A DNA stretch of 64,000 nt from the human T2T-CHM13v2.0 reference genome, Homo sapiens, in the NCBI RefSeq assembly GCF_009914755.1, contig NC_060925.1; one strand, given 5' to 3'. A program made the position numbers and the translations under genes. Below, in pieces: positions 29,301 through 48,659 of the stretch (its first letter is position 1; each line of letters opens with the position of its first letter). The notes beneath the pieces were generated by a model. That model was given only the letters and a program-made list of their open reading frames with translations, was not told the origin of the DNA and ran no database searches.

Positions 29301-29604
29301 CAACTTTGGTAATTTTTTTTTTTTAATGTAAGCGTAACTACGAAGCCACATGGGAGAGGATTTTGAAGAGGTTAAAATTTGGGGTCAGGAACTAGATTTC
29401 AGTCCTGCTTTCACCGTTTACTGTGCCTTGGATTTTAAAGAGGATCAAATGAGGTTGTGAAAGTACTTTGTGAATTCAGAAAACCCCTTGGAAATGCAAA
29501 AATGTTGGCACCCCCACCCATCCTTCCGTCCCTAACCACAATCTCCATAGATGGAATATATGTACATTATACGTAATGTTTACATATTGTATATGTAAAA
29601 AAAA

Positions 29605-30296
<692 letters not shown>

Positions 30297-30329
30297 TATA
30301 TCAAAATATTTATTTATATACACATATTT

Positions 30330-30331
<2 letters not shown>

Positions 30332-30370
<39 letters not shown>
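30332..30370 (+). repeat. (TG)n microsatellite
   Basis: ~19 perfect TG units. Confidence 0.98.
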
Positions 30371-30372
<2 letters not shown>

Positions 30373-30913
30373 TTCATAAGGTCCCCCATGATATTTCAGC
30401 AGTGAAGTGATATTTCTAATTAATTTGGGTTTTCTTATCTTCCCAATTTTCCTTCATTGTATATATATTGCTGTGTACTATGGAAAAAGCAATATTATAA
30501 AAGTTAACATACTTCTTCGGTGCGCATGCGACGAGGCTCAATATGTGTGGTGGAGTGTGCACGCCCCTGCCCCCTCCACTAAAAACAAAACAAAAAAACC
30601 CTCCTTAATTGAAGGAAAAACCAAACAAAAAAAGTCTTTGTCAGATCATAAAGTGGGATTATCATATTTTAAACACATTATTTTAACTACTTATAAAACT
30701 TTAGTAATAAAACTGCCCCCCACTCCCTTGCCAAACAAATTTTGTATATATAGATATGGTATATAAGGCCCCAACCCCATCCCCCAGCAAAGATAAAACA
30801 AGAACTGCTCCCTGCACCCTGTGTCCACTCCCAGGGGCCCCAGCTTCCTCCGGAAAACCTCCAGTAATGTGAGCAGGGGCCCCTCCCGGAAACAGGAGAC
30901 AAAAAACAAAGAG

Positions 30914-31442
30914 GTGGCTACTGTCACAGTACTTTATTGCATCCAGGCCATAATCCAGACCACCCAGCCCCAACCCCACTTTTCCTTCCACACCTCTTGG
31001 TCTCTGCACAGGTTTCCCTCTGCCTGGAATGCCCTTCCTATTCTCCATCTGCAAACTCCTATTCACACTCCCCAACCTAAGACCCTGAGGGTCCCAGGCA
31101 GCACAGGTTAATCCCTCTCCAGCACCTCCCTTGACAGTTCATTCTGATATCAAAGCCTTTGTCGGCCAGGCGCAGTGGCTCATGCCGGTAATCCCAGCAC
31201 TTTGGGAGGCCGAGACGGGCAGATCACCTGAGGTCAGGAGTTCAAGACCAGCCTGACCAACATGGAGAAACCCCGTCTCTACTAAAAATACAGAAAATTA
31301 GCCAGGCATGGTGGTGCATGCCTGTAACCCCAGCTACTCGGGAGGCTGAGGCAGGAAAATCGCTTGAACCTGGGAGGCGGAGGTGCAGTGAGCCGAGATC
31401 GCACCATTTTACTCCAGCCTAGCCAACAAGAGCGAAACTCCT

Positions 31443-31475
<33 letters not shown>

Positions 31476-32229
31476 CCTTTGTCATCTTGCATTGATCCAC
31501 AGGGCCCAGTGGTGACCTGCCTCTGAGCAGAGGCCCAGGAAACACTGAATGGATAAATGAATCCGTAACAAGGGAACCAGGAGAGAAGCTGGGAACAGGC
31601 CGTGTGGGACACAGAAGCCAGAGCTAGGAGATCTGGGGCTCACTGTCTGGGATAGTGACTGAAGGAGTATGAAGCACTGGATGGGACCCATTTGTATCTG
31701 GCACAATCTACTACCTTTGGGGTCTCTCTGCAGCTCCAACACTTGTGGCTGGGCTTCAAGGGACAGTAAGATCCTGTATATATTTTGGGCCTACCCCTTC
31801 CGCATCCAGCAATGAAATCTGAGTAGAAGTAGGTTGCCAAGGCCTCCCCTGGCTCAGCTCAAATCTGACTCTGGCCTAAGTTTCACCTCCTGCCTAGACA
31901 ATCTAGAAGCCCCAATCCTCACCAAGCTGACCCCCAGCCTCACCCCAGTGAGTGGCAGTGGAAGGGCAAGCTGGAGTGGCCCACACCGTTAACTCTTTCC
32001 CTCTCCCTGGGCAAGGAGCTGGGGCAGGCCCAGGAGTGGACCCCAGCAACTCCTAGCCAATCCCTAAATCCAAGAATTGGCCAGTGATGCCCTTGGCAGT
32101 TGAGTCGTGCACAGAGAGTCACTGTGGGCCAGACACAAACAACTTTACCAGGCCTTGTTCCCACCTGGAGCCAAACCCAGACCCCTGTCCCCCAACTATA
32201 CCTCCCTCCCTACCAGATGCCATCCCCCT
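30914..32229 (-). other. PAQR7: PAQR7 3'UTR (contains an Alu at ~31164-31475)
   Basis: Follows the TGA stop; minus-strand AATAAA at 30933-30938. The 3' end is approximate. Confidence 0.7.
30933..30938 (-). terminator. Poly(A) signal AATAAA (PAQR7)
   Basis: TTTATT on +. A GT/T-rich downstream element on - (ctttgttttttgtct) lies ~30 nt further. Confidence 0.75.
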
Positions 32230-33270
32230 TCACTTGGTCTTCTGATCAAGTTTGCGCTGTACCAGCTGGCTCAGGAGGAATGCAGTGAGGATGCTGCTGC
32301 CCACCGTGAGCAGGAAGAGGCCAGAAAAGTTGTGAGGCCAGTGCGTGTGCAGAGGCTCATAGATGGGCCGTCGGGCCTCATAGTCCAGTGCCACAGCCTC
32401 CAGCTGAGCCAGCGTGCACAGCACCAAGAAGATGTGGAAAAGTTGGTGGCCCTGCCCGAAGACATGGCAGCTGCCAGGGAACCAGCGCTCGGGCATGAAG
32501 GTAGAGAAGAAGGCAGCAGCCAGCAGAAAGAAGACCACCTGGCACTTGTGGTAGAGAAGAGCTGGATCATCCGTGGTGGGGTCGGAGGACACGAAGATAC
32601 GATGCACCACAGGACTAATGTCCAGTGCGTAGGCCAGGACGGAGGGCACCTCCTGGCATGTGCGGCCCAGCAGGCCTGGTTTCTGGATGTACTTGTTATA
32701 GCAGGAGCCAATGCAGGAAAGCCAGGCGAGAAAGGCAGCCATGGGCAGAAAAACAGCCTGCACCTGGGCATGCCAGGCGGGCTCGATAGCATAGTAGAAG
32801 TGTGCCAAGGCACTGCCAAACTGGTACACGGCCACCCCCACATAGTCCAGGAAGAAGAAGCTGTAATGCCAGAACTCAGACTTGGCCTGCAGGAGGTGAG
32901 CCAAGGCACTGAAGGAGAGGTAGGTGAAAGAGGCAAGGACAATGATGAAGAGGGGCAGGGCGTGTGGGTCTCCCCAGAAGTCCACGGTCTCCACAAAGAG
33001 GGCCAGCCGCAGCAGCAGTACCAGGGCCGCCAGCAGGTGGGTCCAGACATTCACGGCCTCGTTGTGCTGCTGGAACAGCGTGCGGAAATAGAAGCGCCAG
33101 GTCTGATGCAGCGGCCGGTAGCCCGCATAGATGTACGGCTTCCAGAAGAGCGGCGGCACCTCAGCTCGATCCACCGTGAAGACAGGCTCTGGCTGCAGAG
33201 ATAGCTGAGGCTCCTGGATGACCTGCCGCAGACTCGGCAGGAGGTGGCTGAGTTTCTGGGCCATGGCCAT
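32230..33270 (-). CDS. PAQR7: Progestin and adipoQ receptor 7 / membrane progestin receptor alpha (346 aa, single coding exon)
   Basis: Intact ORF with PAQR/HlyIII motifs PYIYAGYRP, HNEAVNVWTH, SALAH, FLDYVGV and GHQLFH, and multiple TM segments. gccATGG Kozak; acceptor ctctcccag| at 33293/33292. Confidence 0.98.
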   Translation of the reverse strand: MAMAQKLSHLLPSLRQVIQEPQLSLQPEPVFTVDRAEVPPLFWKPYIYAGYRPLHQTWRFYFRTLFQQHNEAVNVWTHLLAALVLLLRLALFVETVDFWGDPHALPLFIIVLASFTYLSFSALAHLLQAKSEFWHYSFFFLDYVGVAVYQFGSALAHFYYAIEPAWHAQVQAVFLPMAAFLAWLSCIGSCYNKYIQKPGLLGRTCQEVPSVLAYALDISPVVHRIFVSSDPTTDDPALLYHKCQVVFFLLAAAFFSTFMPERWFPGSCHVFGQGHQLFHIFLVLCTLAQLEAVALDYEARRPIYEPLHTHWPHNFSGLFLLTVGSSILTAFLLSQLVQRKLDQKTK

Positions 33271-34005
33271 GGCTGTGGGCCTGGGCAGGGAGCTGGGAGA
33301 GAGACCAGAGCAAAGTCAGGGGCCTGGTGTCCTCACCCCCACGAGCAGCAGCTGGGGGGCTCTGATGCCCAAATCCTACTCCCTCCTCTCCGACAGCCTT
33401 ATCCTTACACTCGGTTTAAGAACAGAAGACTCATCCTATGGAATTCCTCATCTCTGACCTCATGAGAGCAAGGATCCCTGATGTATTCCAGGTACCTAGA
33501 ACAGTGCCTGACACATAGTAGGTGCTCAATAAATGTTTGAGGAATGTATTAACTAATAAGGCTCCCTGTCTTGTTAATTTCCTTTCCGGTCCCAGGCTCC
33601 ACACAGCAGCACCAGCTGTTTTCTCTCCTAAAGAACAGATCTGGCCATGTGAAACACATGAGAGGGGTGAGGCGCTCTCAGCCCGTGTTCATGCCACCAT
33701 TAGTGTTCAACTGGTGGCAATAATGACCTTGCTAATAGACCCACTGCCTCTACCTATCTAGCTCCTCAAGAGTGGCCAGGGTCCCCTACTGACCCTCCAT
33801 TACCCTGCATGACCTGGTCCCTGCTACCCTCTCCAGTCTTGTTGCACAACCACAGTGCACTTCAAATCCAGACACAGCCCCACCAACCCCTGGACTGCTC
33901 TTTCACATGTCTGTAGCTTTACACGAGCCGTTCCCTCTGCCTGAGACATTTTCCTCATCTTGCCTACTAGGCAAACCCCTATTCATTCCTCAAAAACCCA
34001 TTTCT

Positions 34006-35440
<1,435 letters not shown>

Positions 35441-36104
35441 AAGAACAACATGACACCATTCTGATAACACTTCATATCTTTCCAGGCCCAACTCAAAAGA
35501 CCACTTTTTTCCTGAAAGTCCCCATTTAACAACTGATGAACCACACCCCCACTCTCAAAATCCCCTCTCCAGGCCCTCCCCCAACTGCCCATGGTTGCTA
35601 GTTCCAAATAAATCCAATATAACCCCTTACCCTGGCATTCAAGGCCCACATGACCTGCTCCTACTACCCTTATTCCCCACCTAACCCCAATGTCACACCC
35701 TGTGCCACCTTCCTTTCCCTGCACTGAAATCCTTTAAGACCACTACAAGCTGCCACCTCTGGGGCCTCCTTACTGCTCCCCCAATCCCACTTTCCCCTGA
35801 CCTATAATGGGTTACACAGTTTAACCTTGATTCATTCATTTAACAAACACTTACTGAGCCCTTCTTTGCCTCAGACCCTGTGCTGGATGGGACAAAGAAC
35901 AGAGTGAAAGATTTGATCCCTGCCCTCAGGAATGTCATGATCTGGCAAAAGATATAGAAACAAAAACAAATCATAGCAAATGCTCACACAGCACCTGCTA
36001 GACGCTTCCCAGCAACCCTGAGAGGCAGACACTATCATTATTCCCATTTTCCAGGTAAGGAAACTGAAGTACAGAGAAGTTAAGTGCCTTGCCCACCCAC
36101 CTAG

Positions 36105-36760
<656 letters not shown>

Positions 36761-37857
36761 CTTAACCACTACCCTAAAATGCACTTTGCAACACAAGGTG
36801 GCAAGGGCTATTTATCGTTTCCTAATTTTATACTGTTTTACCTGGCTTCAATTACATAATTCAGGCTTACCGTCATTCATTGTGTTATTCATTAACTCAA
36901 ATAGTTATTGAAAAACCTGCCAGACAATCCCTCCCTGCCTGCCAAATAAATTCCCTCCAAGCTTACTTATTGGACTCAGTGTTCAGGTTCATCAGATATT
37001 TATTGTGACTACCTCTGCACCAGTCACCAGACAAGGAAAAGAGATTCAGGCAGGATAAAGCATTCATGTTCTCTGCCCCCAGTGGCACTGTGATCACCCC
37101 CAAAACCAATCAAATAAGTCACACACAGTCCAAGTAAATGCAGAGTGCTTGCTATGCAAGGGCAGCATCAAGACGACCCCACCCCCACAAGCCCACATCT
37201 CCAGAGCCTGATTTGCATTCCTAAGCTCCTCCTGCATTAGGATTCTGGCATCAGCCCTGCTCCCCAGTCTTTCCTAGTCCAGTGGGGAAGCAGGAGTCGT
37301 TACACTGCTGCACAGGGGCTGCTACTTAGGACAACAGGCATGTGCAGGACTCTTCTATTCCCCAGCGAGCCTGGCACAGGGCAGATTTAGGAAGCAGACA
37401 TTGCTGCTGCACTAATTGACGGGGCCACTTCCATCCAGAGCACAAGACCTCCCTTGGCCAGCCTTGCTGGTTGGGGAGCCAGTTCTGGATTTCTCCATCT
37501 CCCCAAGAGATGGTTTCAACCTCAACAATCTGGCCCCCACTCTTGTCCACAACTTTGTCTTCCCAACTGAGAACCTTGGGGGGACCAGAAAAGACCTCTG
37601 AAAGCATCTTGGGCAACTCTCTTGTTTTACACTTAGGAAAGCAGAGCCCAGAAACTGGAAGGCCTTCCCCAGAGTCCTCCCACCCAGCAAGGTTTCTATT
37701 CCACTACTGCGGCAAAGACCAGCGAATGATGGCGATGGCTGTGCCCTGTGGACACCTAGCTCCTGGGTGCCTGTGATCTGATAAGTCCAGTCCTGTGCTC
37801 CATATCCCACTCTTGGAACTTCCCAAGATATAACAGCACATTAAAGACTCTCAGAAG

Positions 37858-39173
<1,316 letters not shown>

Positions 39174-40039
39174 CTAAAGCAGGCAACCAGGCTCTTTCTT
39201 ATAAATTACTTTCTTAGGCTTCTAGCAATTCAGTCTCCCTCAGTTGCTGGCTACCTGCTTGCACCTGATCTTCTCCAGGGAGGCCCTGGCTCAAGCCACC
39301 TCCTTAGGTGAGTGACAGCGCTCGCTTATACCTCCCTCCCCCAGATATAATGGGCCCTATGGACAAAACCTGAGGCACCATGCTAGGATGACAGAGACCC
39401 CGCTGCCCTATTTTCTTTAGACCTCAGCTAGAGGCCTCACTCCACCTAAGTAGGTCTGTTTTCAGAATTAGTTTCCACCTCCTGACTCCATGGAAAGGGA
39501 CTCTGATCCAGGGGAAAGGAAAAAGCAGGGGCAGGGGTCAAGCCTGAGCCAGCAGGATGAGGATGGATATCCGGAGGGCACCATCAGGGCATCCTCTGAG
39601 TGGTCAGCCTCTGAGTCGTGTGCCCACCAGGCTGCTGGGCCCTGTCTATTCAGGCAGCTCAGCCCAGCCCACCTCCATGGGCCCCTCCAAGTCTGGCAAA
39701 TTGCACTGGGTACCTGGGGGTTTCTCTCAAGCCTGGGGGCTGGTGACCTCTACTATGGGACTGGGCAAATTCACCAGATGCTGAGCACTTCCACAGATGA
39801 GGGGCACTAGGGGCGGGGCTTCCAGGGACTGGGGGTGTCTTGTGTGATGTCACCAGAGGGTGGGGCTAAAGACAACCTCCCACACCTCTCCTCCCCAACT
39901 TCACCACTCCCATAGTGGTGAAATCCATGCTAAACTGTGTGCCTTCCTAGCCAGGCCTCTGCTGCAGCAAGCAGCTCACCATTCACCTCTGCATGAGACT
40001 TACGGGGAAACCGAGGGCCAGCTGAAAAGTTTGACTTAC

Positions 40040-40125
40040 CTAAGATCACACAGCAGGGCAAAGGCAAAGCCAGGTGACTAGGGCCTGGTTGATGGTGTCA
40101 GGCAAACTTCAGTGGTTCCTGTCCA
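40040..40125 (-). other. PAQR7: PAQR7 non-coding exon 2 (86 nt)
   Basis: Perfect donor TTAG|gtaagt at 40040/40039 and acceptor …cccactgagtag|TGGAC after a pyrimidine tract. The size fits my recollection of the gene model. Confidence 0.7.
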
Positions 40126-41940
40126 CTACTCAGTGGGAATCAGAATGGAAGAAGGTTAGGAATAAAGGAAAAAGCAGACGGTATAAAAGTGCACAGAGCA
40201 GATGGACTTCAGATTCAGACAAACCAGGTTTGACTCCTGATTGCATAACATGCTAGCTATGTGACCTTAGACAAGTGACTTACCTTCTCTGATCCTTAGC
40301 TCCCTCATGGGAATGACAATATTATCTACCTCATAGGTTGCTGTAAAGATTAAATTTATTAGAACAAAGTTTTAGCTTCATTTAGGGACTCAACAAATAT
40401 TGCAATTGTTATTAATAATAATAGTAGTAGTCTTTGAAATATCCCCAGCCTGAGAGATTTGCTTCGAGTTTTCTAAAAAAACCATCCTCTTTTAGCCCTC
40501 AATAGCTAGTTCCATTAGATTTGGGGGCCTCAGGAAGTTCACTGTGTGCTTAAACATTTACCTTATCCCTAGGGGTGTAGACCAGGGAAATCTGGCTAGA
40601 GTTTGGACTTCCAAGGACACTGACCTTACTTAATCATTAAATTGTTCTTAGCAAAGACCATTCAGAGTAACTGTTTTGAATTCACAGAGCCCTGTAAATT
40701 GGTGCTTACCCACAGGCCCAAGAGATGTGGCTAAGCAGTGACAGTCCCAGGGGAAGGGGCCTCAACTCCAGCAGCTCAGAAGCCCTGGAGAGCACGAGGG
40801 CACAAGAGGGTGAACCAAATTAGCAGGTGATCCAAATGGCATATGGTCTGGCCTGGACATGTCTTGCAGAAGGTTTGGGAGTCTTCTGGGTTGGCTGAAC
40901 CTCTGAAGTGCGATCTCCAGGGCTCCAGTGGGAGTGCCTCTGTCAGCCTGAGCCGCTCCTTCCTCCCTTCCCCTCCCCTCCACTTCCTCACCCCTCCCAA
41001 TTCATATTCCTCAACTCAAGGTCAGCCCTCCTCACCTCTCTCCTTAACGAAGGCTTGCAAGCCCCAGCCTGCTCTCCAAGGATACACACTGTCAAAGGTT
41101 CCCATAACACCCGTGGGGCAAAACAGACCAGGCTGCAGGGAGGTGGTGGAAAATGGGCTTATGGAGAGGGAGAGCCCTGGGTTACCCCCATCTCACAGAT
41201 TTCACTCAGTGCTTATACTATATGCCAGCCTCAACGCTACCCAGGCATTCTGTGTGCTGGGGCACACAGAAAATGAAGCAGACAGGCTCCCTGCCCCAAC
41301 GGGCTCACCCACACAAATGCCCACAGGGCCTAGGAAGATCCAGCCTGGAGGGAAGCCAGCCAGGTAGTGAGCCTGGAGAACTGGAGAAGACTGCTGCCCT
41401 GGTGGTGGACATCCTCCACTAATCTCTGCAGGCTCTCCGGCAGGCTGTTTCAAGAGACGCCACAGGCCTCATTTTTATGTGAGGATGAAATTTCGGGTCT
41501 GGAATTCACCTGCTGTGTGACTCTGCAACAGTCCCTCAACCTCTCTGAGCTTGTTTCCTTTTGGAATCAGAGGATTAAAATAGCTGCCTCTTGGGCTCTT
41601 GTGGAAGCAAAACAAAGCCATGGATGCCAGGTGTTGGCTCTGGCACAGTGCTGGCTCTGCCGTTTCTGTGGGATTCTCGTCCTGACTCAGCCACTCAATC
41701 CCTGTGTGACCTTGGACAAGTCCCCTCCCCTCTTGGCCCTGTTTCTCCAAATGTCAAAGGAGAGAGTAAATTCACCAGTGACTTCCAAGGGCCCTTAGGC
41801 CCTGGGACAGTCCAAGAATATTTACTTTAGGCCTCCTATGTGCCAGGCGCTGCAGCTTCCTCAGTGACAGAGCCATTTAAACCACTGCCCTCGCAGAACT
41901 AACAGCCCAGGGAATTCATACCAATGGTAACACCACAGGA

Positions 41941-43760
<1,820 letters not shown>

Positions 43761-44689
43761 CTCCCACAGATGGCCTGAAAAAGCAATTCTTAAAGAAAGT
43801 ATTCTGTGGAGCTGAGACTTACAGCTGCTCTGAGGAGGGGGAATCTCTTAGGCCCAGAGAGGTTGGGTGAACGAGCTATAGTCACCCAGCATGGGGCACA
43901 GAAAAAGGACCTGAGCTGCACTGCTGACCAGCAAGGAACCCTCTGGACAGAGAAACTAAGGCTGGAGAGGGGCAGCCTCTCAACAAAAGGACCCAGAGGT
44001 AGCACAGGCCTCATGACTAGAGGCTGGGTCCCTCTCTCCGATAGGAGCTCAGACTTGGGGTCCTGGGCTGTCCACCCAGGAGCAGCCAGACTCCGAATCC
44101 ATCGAACTGTTCAGACTCCGAGGCCTTGGCTTGACCTAGCCCCACAGGCCTCCTCCAGGGGCTGCTACAGGGAAATTTCTGAAGGTCTTCAAAACCTGCA
44201 GCCTTGAGGCAAGTGCTGTGGGTTTTCCCCTTCCCTCACTGTGTGTGGGGGACCCCCAGGCTCTCCTGACACCAGGGGAGGCTCCCTCATCCCCCAAGGT
44301 GTCTAGACTGCTTGGGCCCATGGAGCAAGTGCCCCTCTTGGCCCCCAGCAGTGCTATTCCCACTGTTCCTGGATCCCTAAGTGGGACTCCTTCACATCAG
44401 CCGGTTCTGGGCACCCATACCCCTTCCTGTCCCGGTCTCACCTACATTCCTCCTCCAGAAAGCAGTGAGCTCCCTGACTGTCCTGCTCCAGGAAGGCAGC
44501 GGCCTTGCCCGGGCCAGACGCCCCTACCCACTCCCTGCCCTCCATCCTTCATTTTCTCCAAGCAGCCCTCCCCTCCCCTGCTCACTGGACAAACAGGCTC
44601 TCAGGCCCCCATCCGCATCCTCCTCAGCCGTGCTCCTTCTGCTCCTCCCACCCTTCCCAAGACGCCCCCATCCAGCGAGCTCCTCCTTC

Positions 44690-45460
44690 CTGCGCCCTCC
44701 GCTGGCTGCTTCCCCGGGCGGGCGTCCTCTCACTTAGCCCAGGTGCTCCCCTCCGGCTCCGCGTCCTGCCTGTCTTCCCCGGGTCCCAAGTCCGCCCCTG
44801 CCCCGCGGAGCCTTGCTCTTTCCACGTCCAGCCCCGCAGCCCCGCAGCCCCGCCGCGCCCCGTGGAGAGCACCCTCGTCTGCGGCCAGCCAGGCCTCCCC
44901 GTCTTGGCAGCCCCGTACCTGAGCCGGAGCCGAGCTGGGAGGGCCGCGGGGGCCGGGTCGGCGGAGCTGGCAGATAAAAGAGCAGCCGGGCAGCGGCCCC
45001 GCCCCAAGCCGGGGGAGGGCGGGCGGCCTCGGGCGCTCTGGCTACAGCCGCCTCCGCGGGCCCAGGCGACGCCGAGCGCCCCGCACCCCGCCCGCCGCGC
45101 ACAAGCAGCTCTGCCCCGCCAGGCCCACGTGTTGCACGCGCGGGAGAGGGGTCGGCCGCGCAGAGGTGGCGTCTCAGGACTTCCTGTGGCGTCACACAGA
45201 TGGGAAGACCGAGGCCCGGGAGTGGACTCCCGGGGCTCCTCGGCGCAGAGCTGCAGCCGCGCTTCTCGCACTTCGGGACGACGGGAAGCGCAGGCTCCGG
45301 CTTCTGGGCCCGGCTGACCCTGGGAGGGTCGGGGAGGGCGGCCGCAGGAGAGTGGCTGCGTTTCCCAGCTAGAGCTCGGCCGGCCCCTACGCTTACTCAG
45401 CCCACCCCGCCCCCTGCTCCCGAGGCCACTCTGCTCGAGATACGCCCCAGCGTTCGCACC
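44690..45460 (-). promoter_or_regulatory. PAQR7: PAQR7 CpG-island promoter
   Basis: Very high GC/CpG; GC boxes (CCCCGCCCC ~44997, GGGCGG ~45017), E-box CACGTG ~45126, ETS-like CTTCCTG ~45180. Confidence 0.85.
44919..45120 (-). other. PAQR7: PAQR7 non-coding exon 1 (5' end uncertain)
   Basis: Donor CTCAG|gtacgg at 44919/44918 inside the CpG island; the TSS cannot be determined from sequence. Confidence 0.6.
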
Positions 45461-46127
45461 TTCATTTCTCTGCTGGGGCAGCTCCACCCCCTCTTTGGGC
45501 ACCCCTGGCTTCTTCAAGTTCCCACCCGAAACCCGCCCCTCGGGCAGCTTCCCCGGCTCTGCCCAGCCGAGTGCACCCAGCCTGGACCTGTATTCAAACA
45601 CCCACTCTCTACCCTCTGGTGTTACACATTCCCAGCCCTGGGAGCACCTGAAGGGTGAGGAATCCCTTCACATAGCAGGCCCTCGGTAAATACTGGATCA
45701 ACAATGCCACAGATTGCCCGTTCCTCTAGTATGCAAAGACCTGGAACAGGCAGAGTTGGGAGACCCCCACTCCCGCGGCTCTTGGGAGCACACAGTCTGC
45801 CGGATGGGAGGCCAAGAGGAGACAGCCTAGGAGAAGACGCCGCTCTGCCCTTAGGGAGTTCTGAGACCACTGGGAGAGGCGGTTGTGCCTAAGCACGATG
45901 CGAAGATCCCAGCCCCAGAGCTCCCGTAACTCACCATGGAATCTTGGGACAGTCTCCTTGTTCTCTCTGGGCCACAGGTTTATTATCTGTAAAATAGAAA
46001 TAATACCACCAATCTGCCAGCACTGTTAGAAGAATTAAAAAAAGCAATGAGCATGAAGGGTCTTTGTCCACTGCAAAGTCCTAGAAGAAGATGTATTTCT
46101 CTATTATATTTGAAATTCATATAGTCA

Positions 46128-46358
46128 GGCCAGGCAAGGTGGCCCATGCCTGTAATGCCAGCACTTTGGAAGGCCAAGGTGGGAGAACTGGTTGAGCCCA
46201 GGAGTTCCAGGTTACAGAGAGCTATGATTGTAGCACTGCATTCCAGCCTGGGTGACAGAGTGAGACCCTGTGGAAAGGAAAGGAAAGGGAAAGGGAAAAG
46301 AAAGGAGGGGAGGGAAGGGAGAGAGAAAGAAGGAAGCAAGGAAAGGAAGGAAGGAAGG
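46128..46358 (+). repeat. Alu monomer (FLAM-like) followed by GA-rich simple repeat (46273-46358)
   Basis: Monomer followed by (GGAAA/GGAA)n. Confidence 0.8.
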
Positions 46359-46926
46359 TTAGTTATATAATCGTAATGTAATAGCATGAAACCGGTCTCT
46401 CCTTCAACAGGTTCAGACAAACCCATAAGAATTAGTTAAATCTGTTACCTGCATGAATGGGAAGAGTAGCATAGAAAACCTTCATTTACAGCTGATAGAG
46501 AACAGGCAATGAAAACAAGTAAGGACATTATGGAGAAGATATTCTGCATAATAGAATATATTCTGTTATTGTGAATAAAAATTAAAAACTTGGAAGGTGA
46601 CTTGGACTCAGCCTTCATTTTTGGAACACCTGCTCCATGCTGGGCTCCTTTAGAAAGCTACAGTTTGTTAAGCTCTTGCCATGTGCCAAGCGGTGCACTA
46701 AATGGTTGCAGTGACTACCTCCTTTGATCCAGACAACTCTACGAAGCACATACTATAATTAACCCATTTTACAAATTGGGAAGCTGAGGCTCAGAGAGGT
46801 GACAAGAGATTTTTCTGTTCTCATTTAACCCTCATTCATTCCTTTGAGGTGAGTGTGATGATCCTGTGGGGGCTCAGAAAATAATACACCAAAGTCCCCA
46901 AAGTGAAGGTCTAAGAAGCAGCCTCA

Positions 46927-47027
46927 GTCTGGTCCAAAAGTAGTGAATTATCTCAGTTTGATTGTTCAGTCAGTTACAGATCAAACTCCTTGTTCGACTC
47001 TTTACCCCTCCTCACTACTGCACTTGA
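46927..47027 (+). pseudogene. Y1 RNA (RNY1-derived) retropseudogene
   Basis: ctggtccaaaagtagtgaattatctcagtttgattgttcagtcagttacagatcaaactccttgttcgactcttt…ctcactactgcacttga closely matches hY1. It lacks the 3' terminal stem bases and is followed by an A-rich tail. Confidence 0.92.
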
Positions 47028-47094
47028 TGGATGGATGGAAAGAAGGAAAGAATGAAAAAAAAAAAAGGAAAAAGAAGAAAAGACAAAGCAAATT

Positions 47095-48329
<1,235 letters not shown>

Positions 48330-48348
48330 TCACTCTGTCTCTTATTAG

Positions 48349-48659
<311 letters not shown>

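Noticed and set aside
32107-33204. 365-aa plus-strand ORF
   Set aside because: Antisense shadow of the GC-rich PAQR7 CDS; non-ATG start; no recognisable domain
44218-45658. Several 150-325 aa Pro/Arg/Gly-rich ORFs
   Set aside because: Stop-codon depletion in the PAQR7 CpG island; they overlap on both strands and carry no motifs
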